A program made the position numbers and the translations under genes. From positions 96,001 through 160,000 of the forward strand of contig CP122380.1 in assembly GCA_024650005.2 (NCBI GenBank): DNA of 64,000 nt. Reading direction: 5' to 3'. This document shows, piece after piece, positions 1 to 9,908 of this stretch (positions within the stretch are counted from its first letter, which is position 1; the number at the start of each line of letters is the position of its first letter). This stretch comes from Candidatus Bathyarchaeum tardum (GTDB lineage: Archaea; Thermoproteota; Bathyarchaeia; Bathyarchaeales; Bathyarchaeaceae). Below the pieces are notes generated by a model, which saw nothing but the letters and a program-made list of their open reading frames with translations, ran no database searches and was not told the DNA's origin.

Positions 1-2230
1 GTTGAGTTAAGTCGTTACTACCAATACTGAAACCGTTACAGTATTGAGAGAATGCTTTTGGAATAAAGCAAACACTAGGAACCTCTGCCATGAAAATTAT
101 ATCAGGCAAATCTAAACCTTTTTTGCGGAAAGCAGTTTTAATCATTGAAGTTACTTTTTCTGCTTCAGTTGTTGTTCGGACAAAAGGAACCATTGGCACA
201 GCAGTTGTCAAACCTAACTTATGAACTTCGGTGAAAGCCTCAAGTTCTAACGCATACGCGTCACAGAAAAATTTGTCAATGTATCGGGAGGCGCCTCTAA
301 AGCCAATCATTGGATTGCTTTCTTCGAATTCAAGTTCAATTTTGTTAATTTCAATCGCTTTGGAACCACACATAGGACAAATTTGTTGCGGACCCAAGGA
401 AATGCTATTTCCACACTTGCAGCTTATGTCATAATAGACTGCTCCTGGAAGGGAAGCATATTCGTTTGTTTTGAAATCAGAGAACCGAATAATGACTTTG
501 CGAGGCTTAAAGGCTCCAGCAATTATCGATATGCCAGCCTTCAATCGGGTAACATACTCTTCAACGAGAGAATTTACCATAGGATATTTTTCTTTAATAT
601 CTTCAGCCCAACGGTCTGGCCCAAGATTGTCTGCGCGTAGAGCAAATACTGGATGTAATTCTGCATTGGAAACTACGAATTCAATTCGTACAAGAGAACT
701 TCCCTGAGAAGGTAATTGACTCACATGGAGTGCTTCATCTGGGCTGGCAATGTTTACCATTACTTTTGTTACGGTTTCAGGAATTTCTTTTAGTTCAATT
801 TCTTGCACTTCAAAAGGTATTTCCCCAGCAAAGATTTGGGCTTCACTTGAGGTACAATCCAGAGTTATTTTTTCGCCATCATCCAAATTAAGAGCGCCAA
901 CAGCACCAACAGCGCAAGGTATTCCACGTTCACGAGAAACTATTGCTGCGTGAGAGGTACGGTTTCCTCTTTCACAAATTAGGGCAGAAACTTTATCGAG
1001 ACTCATGATAACTTCCCAGTCAGGAGTAGTCATGGAAGTAACAAGCATTGGTCGTATTCCTTTCTTGTTAAATTCTGCAACTTCTATTACAGCTTCTTCA
1101 GTAGTTACTGCTTTGGCAACGATGCCTGACGCAATTTTTGTCCCAACAGGAATACCAACGTAAAGGGGTTTAACTTTTGGTCTTTCTTTAAGCTTGAAAA
1201 GAGTCAGTACAGTTCGGGTTGCATGAACTGTTTCTGGTCGAGCCTGTGTAATGAATACTTTCCCGTTTTCGACTGCATACTCGATGTCCATAGGTTTTCC
1301 GTAACTTTTTTCGATACAGGTGACATGATTCGCAACCTGAATCGCTTCATCGGGCGTAATTACTTTAGGATCAATCTTGCCCACAGGAATTTCGACATTT
1401 GTTTTGGTTTTTGGATCATAAACCATTTTTTCTTTTTGAAGACTTTTGGGAGGAATTGTTCCAAGAAGTTTGACTTCAGGATCTTTGATAAATCCAGTCC
1501 AAGATGCACTTTCTTTTCCTTGGACTATCATTTCACCCAGACCATAAACTGCTTGAATTACACCAACATTACGATTTCCAGTGTTAGGATCTATAGAGAA
1601 AGCAACACCAGACTTTTCCGAGTCAATCATAGTTTGAATAACTACAGAAATCAAACCCTGATTAAGCAAATCAACTTCCGACAAGTCCAGAATTTTTTTC
1701 TTACGCAAATCTTGTCGATAATCAATAACTCTCCAACCAAAAGCAGATGCAATACATTTCAAAACGTTCTTTATTACACTTGAAGATTCCAATTGAACAT
1801 TAAGATAAGTATCAAACTGTCCAGCAAAAGCGGCAGTAGCCATATCTTCAGTTATACCTGAACTTCGAACAGCAACACGAGCACGTCCGACACGTTTCTT
1901 TAGTTCACAGATTTTTTTGTCTAATAACTCAAGCAGTTTGGGTTGTGTTTTTATGTTTTCAATGACTGTAATAATTTTTTCTGCAATCTTCTTGGATTCA
2001 ACTTCATTATCGGCCTTCAAAGCAGCATCTAATTCTGTAACTAAATCAAAAATTTCGGGATCATGTAGTAACAACTTTGCAAATTCAGTAGTAACCATTA
2101 TGGCATACGGAACATTACCTTCCCCTAAAATATGGAAAAGTTTAGCTAAATTTGATCCTTTGCCGCCCGTAAGGCTACCATCGGTGGCAACTTCTTCTTC
2201 AATATTAACAATTAAATTTTCAGAAACCAC
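1..2230 (-). CDS. ppsA: Phosphoenolpyruvate synthase (pyruvate, water dikinase), 3' end runs off the window
   Basis: Not in the ORF track because it is open-ended. Manual minus-strand translation from GTG at 2230 gives GGKGSNL, VAVRSSG..ED...AFAGQFDTYLNV, GNRTSHAAIVSRE (phospho-His), RFSDFKTNEY, ESNPMIGFRGASRY and DAFSINTVTVSVL. Confidence 0.93.
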   Translation of the reverse strand, partial: MVSENLIVNIEEEVATDGSLTGGKGSNLAKLFHILGEGNVPYAIMVTTEFAKLLLHDPEIFDLVTELDAALKADNEVESKKIAEKIITVIENIKTQPKLLELLDKKICELKKRVGRARVAVRSSGITEDMATAAFAGQFDTYLNVQLESSSVIKNVLKCIASAFGWRVIDYRQDLRKKKILDLSEVDLLNQGLISVVIQTMIDSEKSGVAFSIDPNTGNRNVGVIQAVYGLGEMIVQGKESASWTGFIKDPEVKLLGTIPPKSLQKEKMVYDPKTKTNVEIPVGKIDPKVITPDEAIQVANHVTCIEKSYGKPMDIEYAVENGKVFITQARPETVHATRTVLTLFKLKERPKVKPLYVGIPVGTKIASGIVAKAVTTEEAVIEVAEFNKKGIRPMLVTSMTTPDWEVIMSLDKVSALICERGNRTSHAAIVSRERGIPCAVGAVGALNLDDGEKITLDCTSSEAQIFAGEIPFEVQEIELKEIPETVTKVMVNIASPDEALHVSQLPSQGSSLVRIEFVVSNAELHPVFALRADNLGPDRWAEDIKEKYPMVNSLVEEYVTRLKAGISIIAGAFKPRKVIIRFSDFKTNEYASLPGAVYYDISCKCGNSISLGPQQICPMCGSKAIEINKIELEFEESNPMIGFRGASRYIDKFFCDAYALELEAFTEVHKLGLTTAVPMVPFVRTTTEAEKVTSMIKTAFRKKGLDLPDIIFMAEVPSVCFIPKAFSQYCNGFSIGSNDLTQ

Positions 2231-2339
2231 ATTAACACCTCATTTTAACTAAATGTAGTAAAATTTAACAATACAAGGAGTGAAAAATTAGTGCATGTCT
2301 TGCCCTTGTGGGTAGACCTCTGCAACCATACTCCCTCAA

Positions 2340-2837
2340 TTATGCCTCAAGTTTCTTGACAACTACACGACAGGGTGTAGGTAGTTTGGCGCCTCCACGT
2401 TTCAGCGCCGTTGTAGCAGCTTGGAGTCCTTCGTCGTTGACGTCAGCGATTATTAATTTTTGACCTGGTTTTACTCGTGCAGCAAGACTTATGGCTTTGC
2501 CAAAAGCGTTTCGCATTCCATCTTGAAGTCGGTCAGCGTGAGCCCCGAAAATCATTTTGTTTTCGCGAAGCACAATATGGGGGTAAGGCAAAATTTTCAG
2601 GTGATAATTGTTTCCCAGTTTTTCTGAGAGAACCCTGTTAGATGCTATGCGTGCAGATTCCAAGGCATTGTGCCTAATTTGAACTGATTTTTCAGCAATT
2701 AATTGGACTTGATATTTGTAAGTACCTGAGGGATTGCCCATAGTAAATTTGACAATTTTTGACATAGGGGAACCACGGATATACTTTTTCCGGGTATAGG
2801 CTTGCCCCTTTACTTCACGATAGTTATGAGCCTTCAT
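2340..2837 (-). CDS. rpl10e: 50S ribosomal protein L16/L10e (uL16)
   Basis: QIRHNALESARIA, PHIVLRENKM..GAHADRLQDGMRNAFGK motifs. Confidence 0.96.
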   Translation of the reverse strand: MKAHNYREVKGQAYTRKKYIRGSPMSKIVKFTMGNPSGTYKYQVQLIAEKSVQIRHNALESARIASNRVLSEKLGNNYHLKILPYPHIVLRENKMIFGAHADRLQDGMRNAFGKAISLAARVKPGQKLIIADVNDEGLQAATTALKRGGAKLPTPCRVVVKKLEA

Positions 2838-3024
2838 TGTTTATTCCTCATCTGCTCTGACATCATAGTTTAACAGATATTATAAAAACTATTCTGTATA
2901 GCAAATAGTCATTTACAAAAAAAACCAAAAAACAACATTGTCAACAAAATTTTTGTATGAAATTCACCATCAAAAATATGGGTCTAACAAAAACAAGCAC
3001 ACAAGGGATAGCATCACAGAAAAA

Positions 3025-3861
3025 TTAGCTTTTGAATTTCTGAAAGATTTCATTTGCCATCGACCCGAAGTCTTCTGGAGCCAATTCACGTACTCTTTTT
3101 TTGCTATAAAACAAAGAGTCGGCAAAAATAACAGCTTGGTCTTTAGGCAGTTTATGCTGATGTAAGAAAGGAAGGACAGCATTTCTAACTTTTTTGTTTC
3201 GCTGAGTGAAAAGAATCCTAACAAGGTCAAAAAATAACGCCTCATCTTCAACAGGAAAAGGTGGACTTCTGGGTCTTAGACACAAGATCATTGAATCAAC
3301 ATCTGGTGAAGGATAAAACATTGTTCGTGGAACAAGTTCTAAGAGTTCAACCTCTGCTCGGTAGTGGATAGTAACTGTTAGGCGTCCATAATCTTTGGAG
3401 CCTACTGGAGCAGCTAATCTTTCTGCAAATTCTTTTTGTAAAATCAAAAATGCGGAATCAAACTTATTTTCAAGAAGACGAAATAGAAGCGGTGACGAGA
3501 TAGAATATGGAGGGGCGGCTACAACTTTGTTAAATCGTGGAAGAGAAACTTTTAGAATGTCACCTTCAATTAATTCAACATTTTCCAAATCTTGAAGATA
3601 ATCTTTCAAAAACTTTACGAGTAAGGGGTCAAATTCCACAGCAATAACTTTCTTGCAGATTGTAACAAGAAGTTCCGTTAAAAACCCAAATCCAGCCCCA
3701 ACTTCTAAAACTATATCATTTTTTTTTAAACAAGAATGAAATATTAAGCGGTGCAACACATCTGAATTAACTGTAAAATTTTGACCTAAACGTTTTTTTG
3801 GATAAAAATTGTAAAGGTGAAAAAAATGTTTCACCCGTTTAAGAAGATTGGGGCTATCCAC
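3025..3861 (-). CDS. rsmA: 16S rRNA adenine dimethyltransferase RsmA/KsgA
   Basis: KKRLGQNF, VLEVGAGFG SAM motif, PPYSISS, YGRLTV, FYPSPDVDS. Confidence 0.95.
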   Translation of the reverse strand: MDSPNLLKRVKHFFHLYNFYPKKRLGQNFTVNSDVLHRLIFHSCLKKNDIVLEVGAGFGFLTELLVTICKKVIAVEFDPLLVKFLKDYLQDLENVELIEGDILKVSLPRFNKVVAAPPYSISSPLLFRLLENKFDSAFLILQKEFAERLAAPVGSKDYGRLTVTIHYRAEVELLELVPRTMFYPSPDVDSMILCLRPRSPPFPVEDEALFFDLVRILFTQRNKKVRNAVLPFLHQHKLPKDQAVIFADSLFYSKKRVRELAPEDFGSMANEIFQKFKS

Positions 3862-4424
3862 TAGGGTGCTCTCGTAAATAATCTGTACTTACTATCTCCA
3901 GCCAGTTCCTCCAATATCCTTCTTGTGATAAGCTTAGAGGGATTAGGCATGTTAGCACGTTCTTGTAAATCTTCTAAGTTTTGGAAAGGTTTTCGATCCC
4001 GTTCATCAAGGATTTGCCACATGTACTTTTTTCCTATACCAGGAATTAGTTCCAAAGCATGCATTCGAGGAGTAATTGCTTGAGCAGTGTTAAAGAAGTC
4101 AATAAACCACTTTTCCCGGTTAAGTACTATTTTTTCTATAGTTCCAGAAAGTTCCATTCTAGAATTTGAAGTCAAATCTTCATAGGGTATTCGACCAATG
4201 ATATAGGTAATTTCACTTCGAGAATCTTTTCCAACGTAGACTCTGTCAGCTGCTTTAAGGGGAACTCCTTTGCGAGCAATTGCTTCAAGAAAAGTAAAAT
4301 ATTCTTCACCAACCACCTGAACTAATGCCCCAGCACGGTACCCCGGATGAGTCCCGGGTCTTCCATGCGGAAGATAATCCAAAACATAGGCGTACTCTTC
4401 GTATCTCTTTTCACTCTTTTCCAC
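3861..4424 (-). CDS. DUF655 family putative RNA-binding protein
   Basis: EEYAYVLDYLPHG, FFN.AQAITPRMHALELIPGIGKK; usual position between rpoF and ksgA. Confidence 0.9.
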   Translation of the reverse strand: MEKSEKRYEEYAYVLDYLPHGRPGTHPGYRAGALVQVVGEEYFTFLEAIARKGVPLKAADRVYVGKDSRSEITYIIGRIPYEDLTSNSRMELSGTIEKIVLNREKWFIDFFNTAQAITPRMHALELIPGIGKKYMWQILDERDRKPFQNLEDLQERANMPNPSKLITRRILEELAGDSKYRLFTRAP

Positions 4425-4486
4425 GCTTTACCCCTTCCCGAAATGGTTACAATTGGTTTTAGATATTATATAATATAGAAAGTCCT

Positions 4487-4825
4487 TTATTCGTCTTTTC
4501 TATATTCGTTCAAAAAATCCAGTATTTTTTCTAGTTTAGAGGACTCAATAATCTTACGACCACCAGCCAAAAATACTCTAATTTCTTGGACACTTTCGGG
4601 CATAGCATTAACTATCTGGACTGCACCGTCCGCATCTAATTCAAATTCTTCGACCAGTTTGGTAACAAGAATGTCAACGTTTGAAGGCTCAACTTTGCTG
4701 AATTTAGTTGCATAATCAAGAGAACGCCTTTGGAACTGGTCCAGTCGTTCTTCACCGATGGATTCTAATGCTTCCTTTACTTGTGGAACAGTAACTGTCT
4801 GTTCCTTGAGAGCCTTTCGTACCAT
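4487..4825 (-). CDS. rpoF: DNA-directed RNA polymerase subunit F (Rpo4)
   Basis: QRRSLDYATKFSK, QIVNAMPESVQEIR; conserved synteny. Confidence 0.9.
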   Translation of the reverse strand: MVRKALKEQTVTVPQVKEALESIGEERLDQFQRRSLDYATKFSKVEPSNVDILVTKLVEEFELDADGAVQIVNAMPESVQEIRVFLAGGRKIIESSKLEKILDFLNEYRKDE

Positions 4826-4827
4826 TG

Positions 4828-5127
4828 TTATGCCCCCTTATGAGGCGTAATGTGTTCTGGCCTAACAGTAATTTCTTTAATTGCTTTTCCTTGAGAGACG
4901 TTAATTACGTAGGCTCTTCCACGTTTTTCAGCAATAACACCGATTCGACCATGGAATCTTCTGTGCGGCATACCCTTATGTACACTAGGGTCTAATTTGA
5001 TTACAACTTTTTCAGTAGGTTCGTATTCACGTAGTACCTTACTGAGTCCTGTTTTTCCCCGGTCTCTAGGCTTTCTCTTCAAGAGGTAACGGGTTCTCCT
5101 TCGGTAACCTTTCGCTTTTCTTCCCAA
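4828..5127 (-). CDS. rpl21e: 50S ribosomal protein L21e
   Basis: KGYRRRTR, DPSVHKGMPHRRFHGRIG, VRPEH. Confidence 0.96.
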   Translation of the reverse strand: MGRKAKGYRRRTRYLLKRKPRDRGKTGLSKVLREYEPTEKVVIKLDPSVHKGMPHRRFHGRIGVIAEKRGRAYVINVSQGKAIKEITVRPEHITPHKGA

Positions 5128-6456
5128 CTATGATTCCTCCATAATAACATTCAAAACGTCTAAGTCAACAGGCTTGGCTTGTGCATTGATAATAGAGGCT
5201 ACGCTAGGGACGGTTCGCCCTTCATCGCCACTTACCAACTCTTTAATATAAAGCCCTCCTTGGCAACGTATTTTCATCTCTGCGCGGTTAGGCGCCAACC
5301 TCTTTAGATACGCCTCATATATGTACTTTTCCCGAACTAGGTCTGCTCTTCGATGCAAAACACGTAACGGAGTTCGCTGTTGAACAACAGATTTTGACAA
5401 TTTTTCAGTTACAGACAACAATTCTTCGTCAGAAACATCACGGTCAAAATCAATAAAAACTTTGTAAACTTTTGTTGAACCTTCACCTTTCTTTAAGCGT
5501 TTAATATCTGCTTTAGTTGCAGAAACAAGGTTCAAAATTTCAACTTTTCCTTCCCCGTGTTCGTTGATTATTTTTTCCAGTTCTTTTAGATTAATGAACC
5601 GTTTTTGTGGACGTTTAATTTCCATGATAAAAGGTCGCCCCATTCCAAGCATTCGGGCATCTACATCTTCTCGTCCAGCTGCATGAAAAGCTACGGCATC
5701 GCCTTCAGTTTTTTTTAAAAGAGGTGCCGCAATTATTTCTTCAACAGATTCGGAGTACATTTTTCCGGTTCCCTTACAGTTTTTGCAGCCTTCGCCGTGG
5801 CATTGTCGACAGAACCATTTAGATTGCGGAATATCTCGGACAAGTTTTTTGTATGATCCTTTAACATACAGGGGATTTGATTGTATGATAACTTCTCCGG
5901 TGAAAGGTCTTACGAGAACTACAACATCAGGTTTTTTGAATTCTGCAAGTTTTTGTGTGACTTTTGAAAGTTTTTTGCCAATGTGGCGACTGAATTCATT
6001 TCGCATACTTTCGCCATAAGCCACATCATGTAGCGCTTTGAACTCGTCTTCTCTTTCTTCAATTATGTTTGGCAATTCGACACCAACAAGAAAGGTATTG
6101 TATTCGTAAGCTTTGAGGGCTTCCAAAGCGTTTTCAACTAGAATATTGCTACTTTCAAACAAGCCTTGGCAAAGATAACATGGTTCCTTTTTTTTGGCTC
6201 GTTTTCTCATTTTTTTCAATAATTCAGCAGCCATCTCAAAAGATCCACGAGAAACCAAAAGTCTAAGAGTTGAAAATCCTTCTTTTTTGCCAGCAAGAGC
6301 TAACTGGTGATTTTTCATGGTTAACATAAGTTTTAGGGCTTCTCCTCGTTCGCTGTCGTCTAAACCATAACCAAGAAGGGCAAATTGTCTGCCTAAACAG
6401 TGGTCACACAAAGGTTGTGCTTCCAGAAGGCGCTGGGCTTTTTCAAGTAATTCCAC
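5128..6456 (-). CDS. pus10: tRNA pseudouridine(54/55) synthase Pus10
   Basis: N-terminal LCDHCLGR, HAAGREDVDARMLG catalytic Asp, QGGLYIKELVSGD.GRT.PS. Confidence 0.95.
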   Translation of the reverse strand: MELLEKAQRLLEAQPLCDHCLGRQFALLGYGLDDSERGEALKLMLTMKNHQLALAGKKEGFSTLRLLVSRGSFEMAAELLKKMRKRAKKKEPCYLCQGLFESSNILVENALEALKAYEYNTFLVGVELPNIIEEREDEFKALHDVAYGESMRNEFSRHIGKKLSKVTQKLAEFKKPDVVVLVRPFTGEVIIQSNPLYVKGSYKKLVRDIPQSKWFCRQCHGEGCKNCKGTGKMYSESVEEIIAAPLLKKTEGDAVAFHAAGREDVDARMLGMGRPFIMEIKRPQKRFINLKELEKIINEHGEGKVEILNLVSATKADIKRLKKGEGSTKVYKVFIDFDRDVSDEELLSVTEKLSKSVVQQRTPLRVLHRRADLVREKYIYEAYLKRLAPNRAEMKIRCQGGLYIKELVSGDEGRTVPSVASIINAQAKPVDLDVLNVIMEES

Positions 6457-6508
6457 GAATATTCCTCAATTTTATGTAAATAATCAAATTATGTACGCAG
6501 ATTCTGTT

Positions 6509-7840
6509 CTACCCTGTGGGTAAACCTTTTCCCCCGAAAAAGTTGGGCAATCGTTTTCGTCTGAAACTCTTCATCATCTTTTTCATTTGATTGTATTGGG
6601 TTAGTAGTTGTTTAACGTCTTTTTCTGTAGTGCCTGACCCACGGGCAACCCTACGGATTCGAGAAGATGAAAGAATTTTGGGTTTTTCTCGTTCCTTGAG
6701 GGTCATAGATTGGATGATTACGCGCCATTTTTTCAAAGCGTCTTCAGCTAGGTTCATTTGATCATCAGGAATGTTGTAACTCATTCCAGGAATCATCTTA
6801 AGTAGTCCCTTTAGGGGACCGACTTTTTTCATCGATTCAAACTGTTCATACATGTCGGTTAAAGTGAATTTTCCGCTCATAAAGGCGCGGGCTTTTTTTT
6901 CGGGCACTTTTACTTCTGCGTCTCGAACCTTGTCAACAAGGCTTTGAAGGTCACCCATCCCTAGTAATCGCCCTACGAACCGAGAAGGAATGAAGGCTTC
7001 AATGTCCTCAAGTTTTTCTCCGGAACTGATAAATTTTATTGGTGCACCAATAGCAGCAACCGCTGAAAGAGCACCGCCCCCCCTTGCAGAACCATCAAGT
7101 TTGGAAACAATAATTGAACCGATAGGCGTCGCGTCATGAAGGGCTTTGGCTTGTAGCGCCGCTTGTTGTCCTATGGTTCCGTCAATAACCAAGATCGCTT
7201 CGTCGGGTTTGATGACCTTTTCTAGACGTTTCATTTCGTCAATTAAACCTTTTTCTTCTTTATGTCGACCAGCAGTGTCGATTATAACCAAGTCATAGTC
7301 TTTGAATTGTTTCAGACCCCTCATGGCAATTTTTTCAGACTTTTTTTCATGAGGTTCACCATATACTGGGACATTTATTCTGCCGGCTAACTGTTTGAGT
7401 TGTTCGTAAGCTCCTGGTCTATAGGTGTCGGTACAAACTAGAGCAGTTTTTAGTCCTCGTTTTTGGAAATATTTTGCGAGTTTTCCAGTTGCGGTCGTTT
7501 TTCCAGAGCCTTGGATTCCTACCATCATGAGGACTTTTTGTTTTCCAGGTTCAATTTTTAGGGTGGCTGATTTTTCTCCTAAGAATCGGGTTAACTCTTC
7601 ATAGACTACTTTTACTACGTGTTCGCGTCTGGAAACGCCCGGGGGGACTTTTTCTTTTAGGGCGCGTTCTTCGATGTTTTTCGAGACTTCCAAAACCAGT
7701 TTGACATTAACATCTGCTTGAAGCAGGGCTCGTTGTATGTCACGAACAAGTTCTTTTACTGTTTTTTCGTCCATGACTGGCGCTTTGAATACTTTCTTTA
7801 AAGCGTCATTTAACGAAGAGCCTAGACGGTCCAGAACCAT
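6509..7840 (-). CDS. srp54: Signal recognition particle protein Srp54
   Basis: [40 protein letters not shown]-domain [11 protein letters not shown]. Confidence 0.97.
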   Translation of the reverse strand: MVLDRLGSSLNDALKKVFKAPVMDEKTVKELVRDIQRALLQADVNVKLVLEVSKNIEERALKEKVPPGVSRREHVVKVVYEELTRFLGEKSATLKIEPGKQKVLMMVGIQGSGKTTATGKLAKYFQKRGLKTALVCTDTYRPGAYEQLKQLAGRINVPVYGEPHEKKSEKIAMRGLKQFKDYDLVIIDTAGRHKEEKGLIDEMKRLEKVIKPDEAILVIDGTIGQQAALQAKALHDATPIGSIIVSKLDGSARGGGALSAVAAIGAPIKFISSGEKLEDIEAFIPSRFVGRLLGMGDLQSLVDKVRDAEVKVPEKKARAFMSGKFTLTDMYEQFESMKKVGPLKGLLKMIPGMSYNIPDDQMNLAEDALKKWRVIIQSMTLKEREKPKILSSSRIRRVARGSGTTEKDVKQLLTQYNQMKKMMKSFRRKRLPNFFGGKGLPTG

Positions 7841-8057
7841 TGATTAATTCCCAAGATAAAAAACAGGAGTTGCCGTTTATAGGTATTTAGTTTATCTCAG
7901 AAAGAGATTCAACAACAGACGTAACAAAACATGTTAACGTACATGTAAAAAGTAGACAACTAATAGGTACAGCAGAAAATTTTAGAAAAAGTTGCTCTTC
8001 AACATTTACTGCTAATAGAATACATATATGCTATACCAACGTGTTAAAAACAACAGT

Positions 8058-8510
8058 TTATGCTGAAATGCTGTTAATTGTTTTTTGTGCCCATGTTTTT
8101 GCTGCTGTTAGGTCGTTGTTGTCTGGGCGGCTGCTTCTTCTCATATTCCACTTGCCGTAGCTGCTAAAGAATCCGTCGATTACGATTTGGTTTTTTTGTT
8201 CTAAGATTGTTCGTACCTTGTCACTAACAGTTTCGTCGGTTTTCCCAGTGCCGCCCCAAGTTAAGAAAATTGCGAAGAGTTTAGAGTCGGGTAAATTAAG
8301 GGTGTTCAAGTAAGAAACCAGCTCGGGGAATGGGTTTCCAGCCCGGATGCCAGTCCCAACAAAGATTAAGTCATAATTAGTTAAATTAATATTTGGCATG
8401 GGGTCAGGGTTTGTAATTTGAAGGATATCAGAGTTTGTTTCTGATGCTATTGCTTCTGCAATTTTTTTGGTGTTGCCAGTTTTTGTAGAATATAAAACAA
8501 TAGATTTCAT
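8058..8510 (-). CDS. Flavodoxin family protein
   Basis: MKSIVLYSTKTGNTKKIAEAIA FMN-binding loop; likely start ATG 8510 (ORF track starts at 8537). Confidence 0.85.
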   Translation of the reverse strand: MKSIVLYSTKTGNTKKIAEAIASETNSDILQITNPDPMPNINLTNYDLIFVGTGIRAGNPFPELVSYLNTLNLPDSKLFAIFLTWGGTGKTDETVSDKVRTILEQKNQIVIDGFFSSYGKWNMRRSSRPDNNDLTAAKTWAQKTINSISA

Positions 8511-8657
8511 TGTTAACACCTGACAAAGGTTAATCATGTAAAGGGCGTGGTGATTTATTTTTTTATTCTTTTTTGCATTGAGTTGTGTAAGAAAAATACA
8601 CAGATGCAGAACAGAAGTTTATCTCAAGATTATGAAAAGTTTTAAACTATCCATGAG

Positions 8658-9425
8658 ATGTTATCTAAATGGGGAAATCTTTTGCAAGAATCGGTTACAA
8701 TCGTAGAGAAAGCCCCCATTCCGTCTGAGGCTAAAATGTTAATTGGTCTTCCTGATGTGGGGTTGGTGGGACTTATTGCAACATCGTATTTGATTACTGA
8801 ACTTAAGTTAGAAGAAATTGCATACATGGAATCGGATTTGCTTCCTCCGGTAGTTGTTTTACATAATGGCTTGCCCCATGCCCCATTACGAATCTATGGA
8901 AATAATAAACTGATTGCAGTTATTTCAGAGCTTGCGGTTCCAGCTCCGGCAGTGTATACTATAATGCAAGAATTAGTAGATTGGGCACAAACCAAGAAAG
9001 TTAAGCAAATAATTTCAATGGGTGGAATCCCAACAGAAAACCGGCAAACCATCAATACCCCTGAAGTTTTTGGAGCAGCTTCAAACCAGAAACTCCTTAA
9101 CAAAATAACAAAACAGGGATTAAAAGTCATGAATGAAGGCTATATTGTTGGTCCCCAAGCTCTAAGTATGAGATATAGTGTGGAAAAGAAAATGCAATCT
9201 ATCGCGCTTTTGGCTCAGTCCTTTTATAATTATCCGGACCCCCAAGCAGCAGCTATTGTACTTAAAGAGCTAGCAAAAATTTCGGATGTTACTGTTGATG
9301 TTACTAAACTTATGGAGAAGGGAGAAGAAATTAGGCTCAAAGCAAGGGACATAATGAAACGTACCCAACAAGAAATGAAACGCATGCAAAAATCTCAGGA
9401 ATATGATATGCCACTATACGTCTAG
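8658..9425 (+). CDS. Proteasome assembly chaperone PAC2 family protein
   Basis: IGLPDVGLVGLIA..YLI, P.RIY, GYIVG, YPDPQAA, terminal LYV (HbYX-like). Confidence 0.88.
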   Translation: MLSKWGNLLQESVTIVEKAPIPSEAKMLIGLPDVGLVGLIATSYLITELKLEEIAYMESDLLPPVVVLHNGLPHAPLRIYGNNKLIAVISELAVPAPAVYTIMQELVDWAQTKKVKQIISMGGIPTENRQTINTPEVFGAASNQKLLNKITKQGLKVMNEGYIVGPQALSMRYSVEKKMQSIALLAQSFYNYPDPQAAAIVLKELAKISDVTVDVTKLMEKGEEIRLKARDIMKRTQQEMKRMQKSQEYDMPLYV

Positions 9426-9437
9426 GAGAAATCAACG

Positions 9438-9878
9438 GTGGAAAGAAGAAAAAAAGGTTCAAGCTTTGAAGAAATGGAAGAATACTTGCAAAAAATTGAA
9501 GAATTAGCACAAGAAGTTATGGCAGCAGCGTTTCCTGAAGGTCCTAGCTGGAACACAGAAACTTGTTGTCTACATGCCTTATCAAACGTTTTCATTACTC
9601 CAAGGGAAGTTATTGTTACCGCAGATCTTCCAAACGTTGCACCAGAAACAGTGAAAGTAACAGCCATAAACGAAAAACATATCGAAATAATAGCAAAAAT
9701 GAAGAAAAAAGTAAACTTCAACGATTTAGGCATATGCCATAGACAAGGGGAGTTCTCGTTTTTGCATTGTCAAGGTCATCTGCAAGTAGACATTGACGCA
9801 GACAAAATGCAAATTAACTGTGAAGACGGAATACTAGAAGTACGGTTCCCAAGAAAAAACAGGCAAGAACTAGAATAA
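9438..9878 (+). CDS. Hsp20/alpha-crystallin family protein
   Basis: VIVTADLPNV..E.VKV, EDGILEVRFP. Confidence 0.8.
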   Translation: MERRKKGSSFEEMEEYLQKIEELAQEVMAAAFPEGPSWNTETCCLHALSNVFITPREVIVTADLPNVAPETVKVTAINEKHIEIIAKMKKKVNFNDLGICHRQGEFSFLHCQGHLQVDIDADKMQINCEDGILEVRFPRKNRQELE

Positions 9879-9908
9879 CAAAATGTTGTGTTTAACAGAA
9901 AAGCCCAT

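Noticed and set aside
231-2252. Plus-strand ORFs in the track (231, 383, 471, 750, 1223, 1917)
   Set aside because: They are antisense shadows of the long minus-strand ppsA frame.
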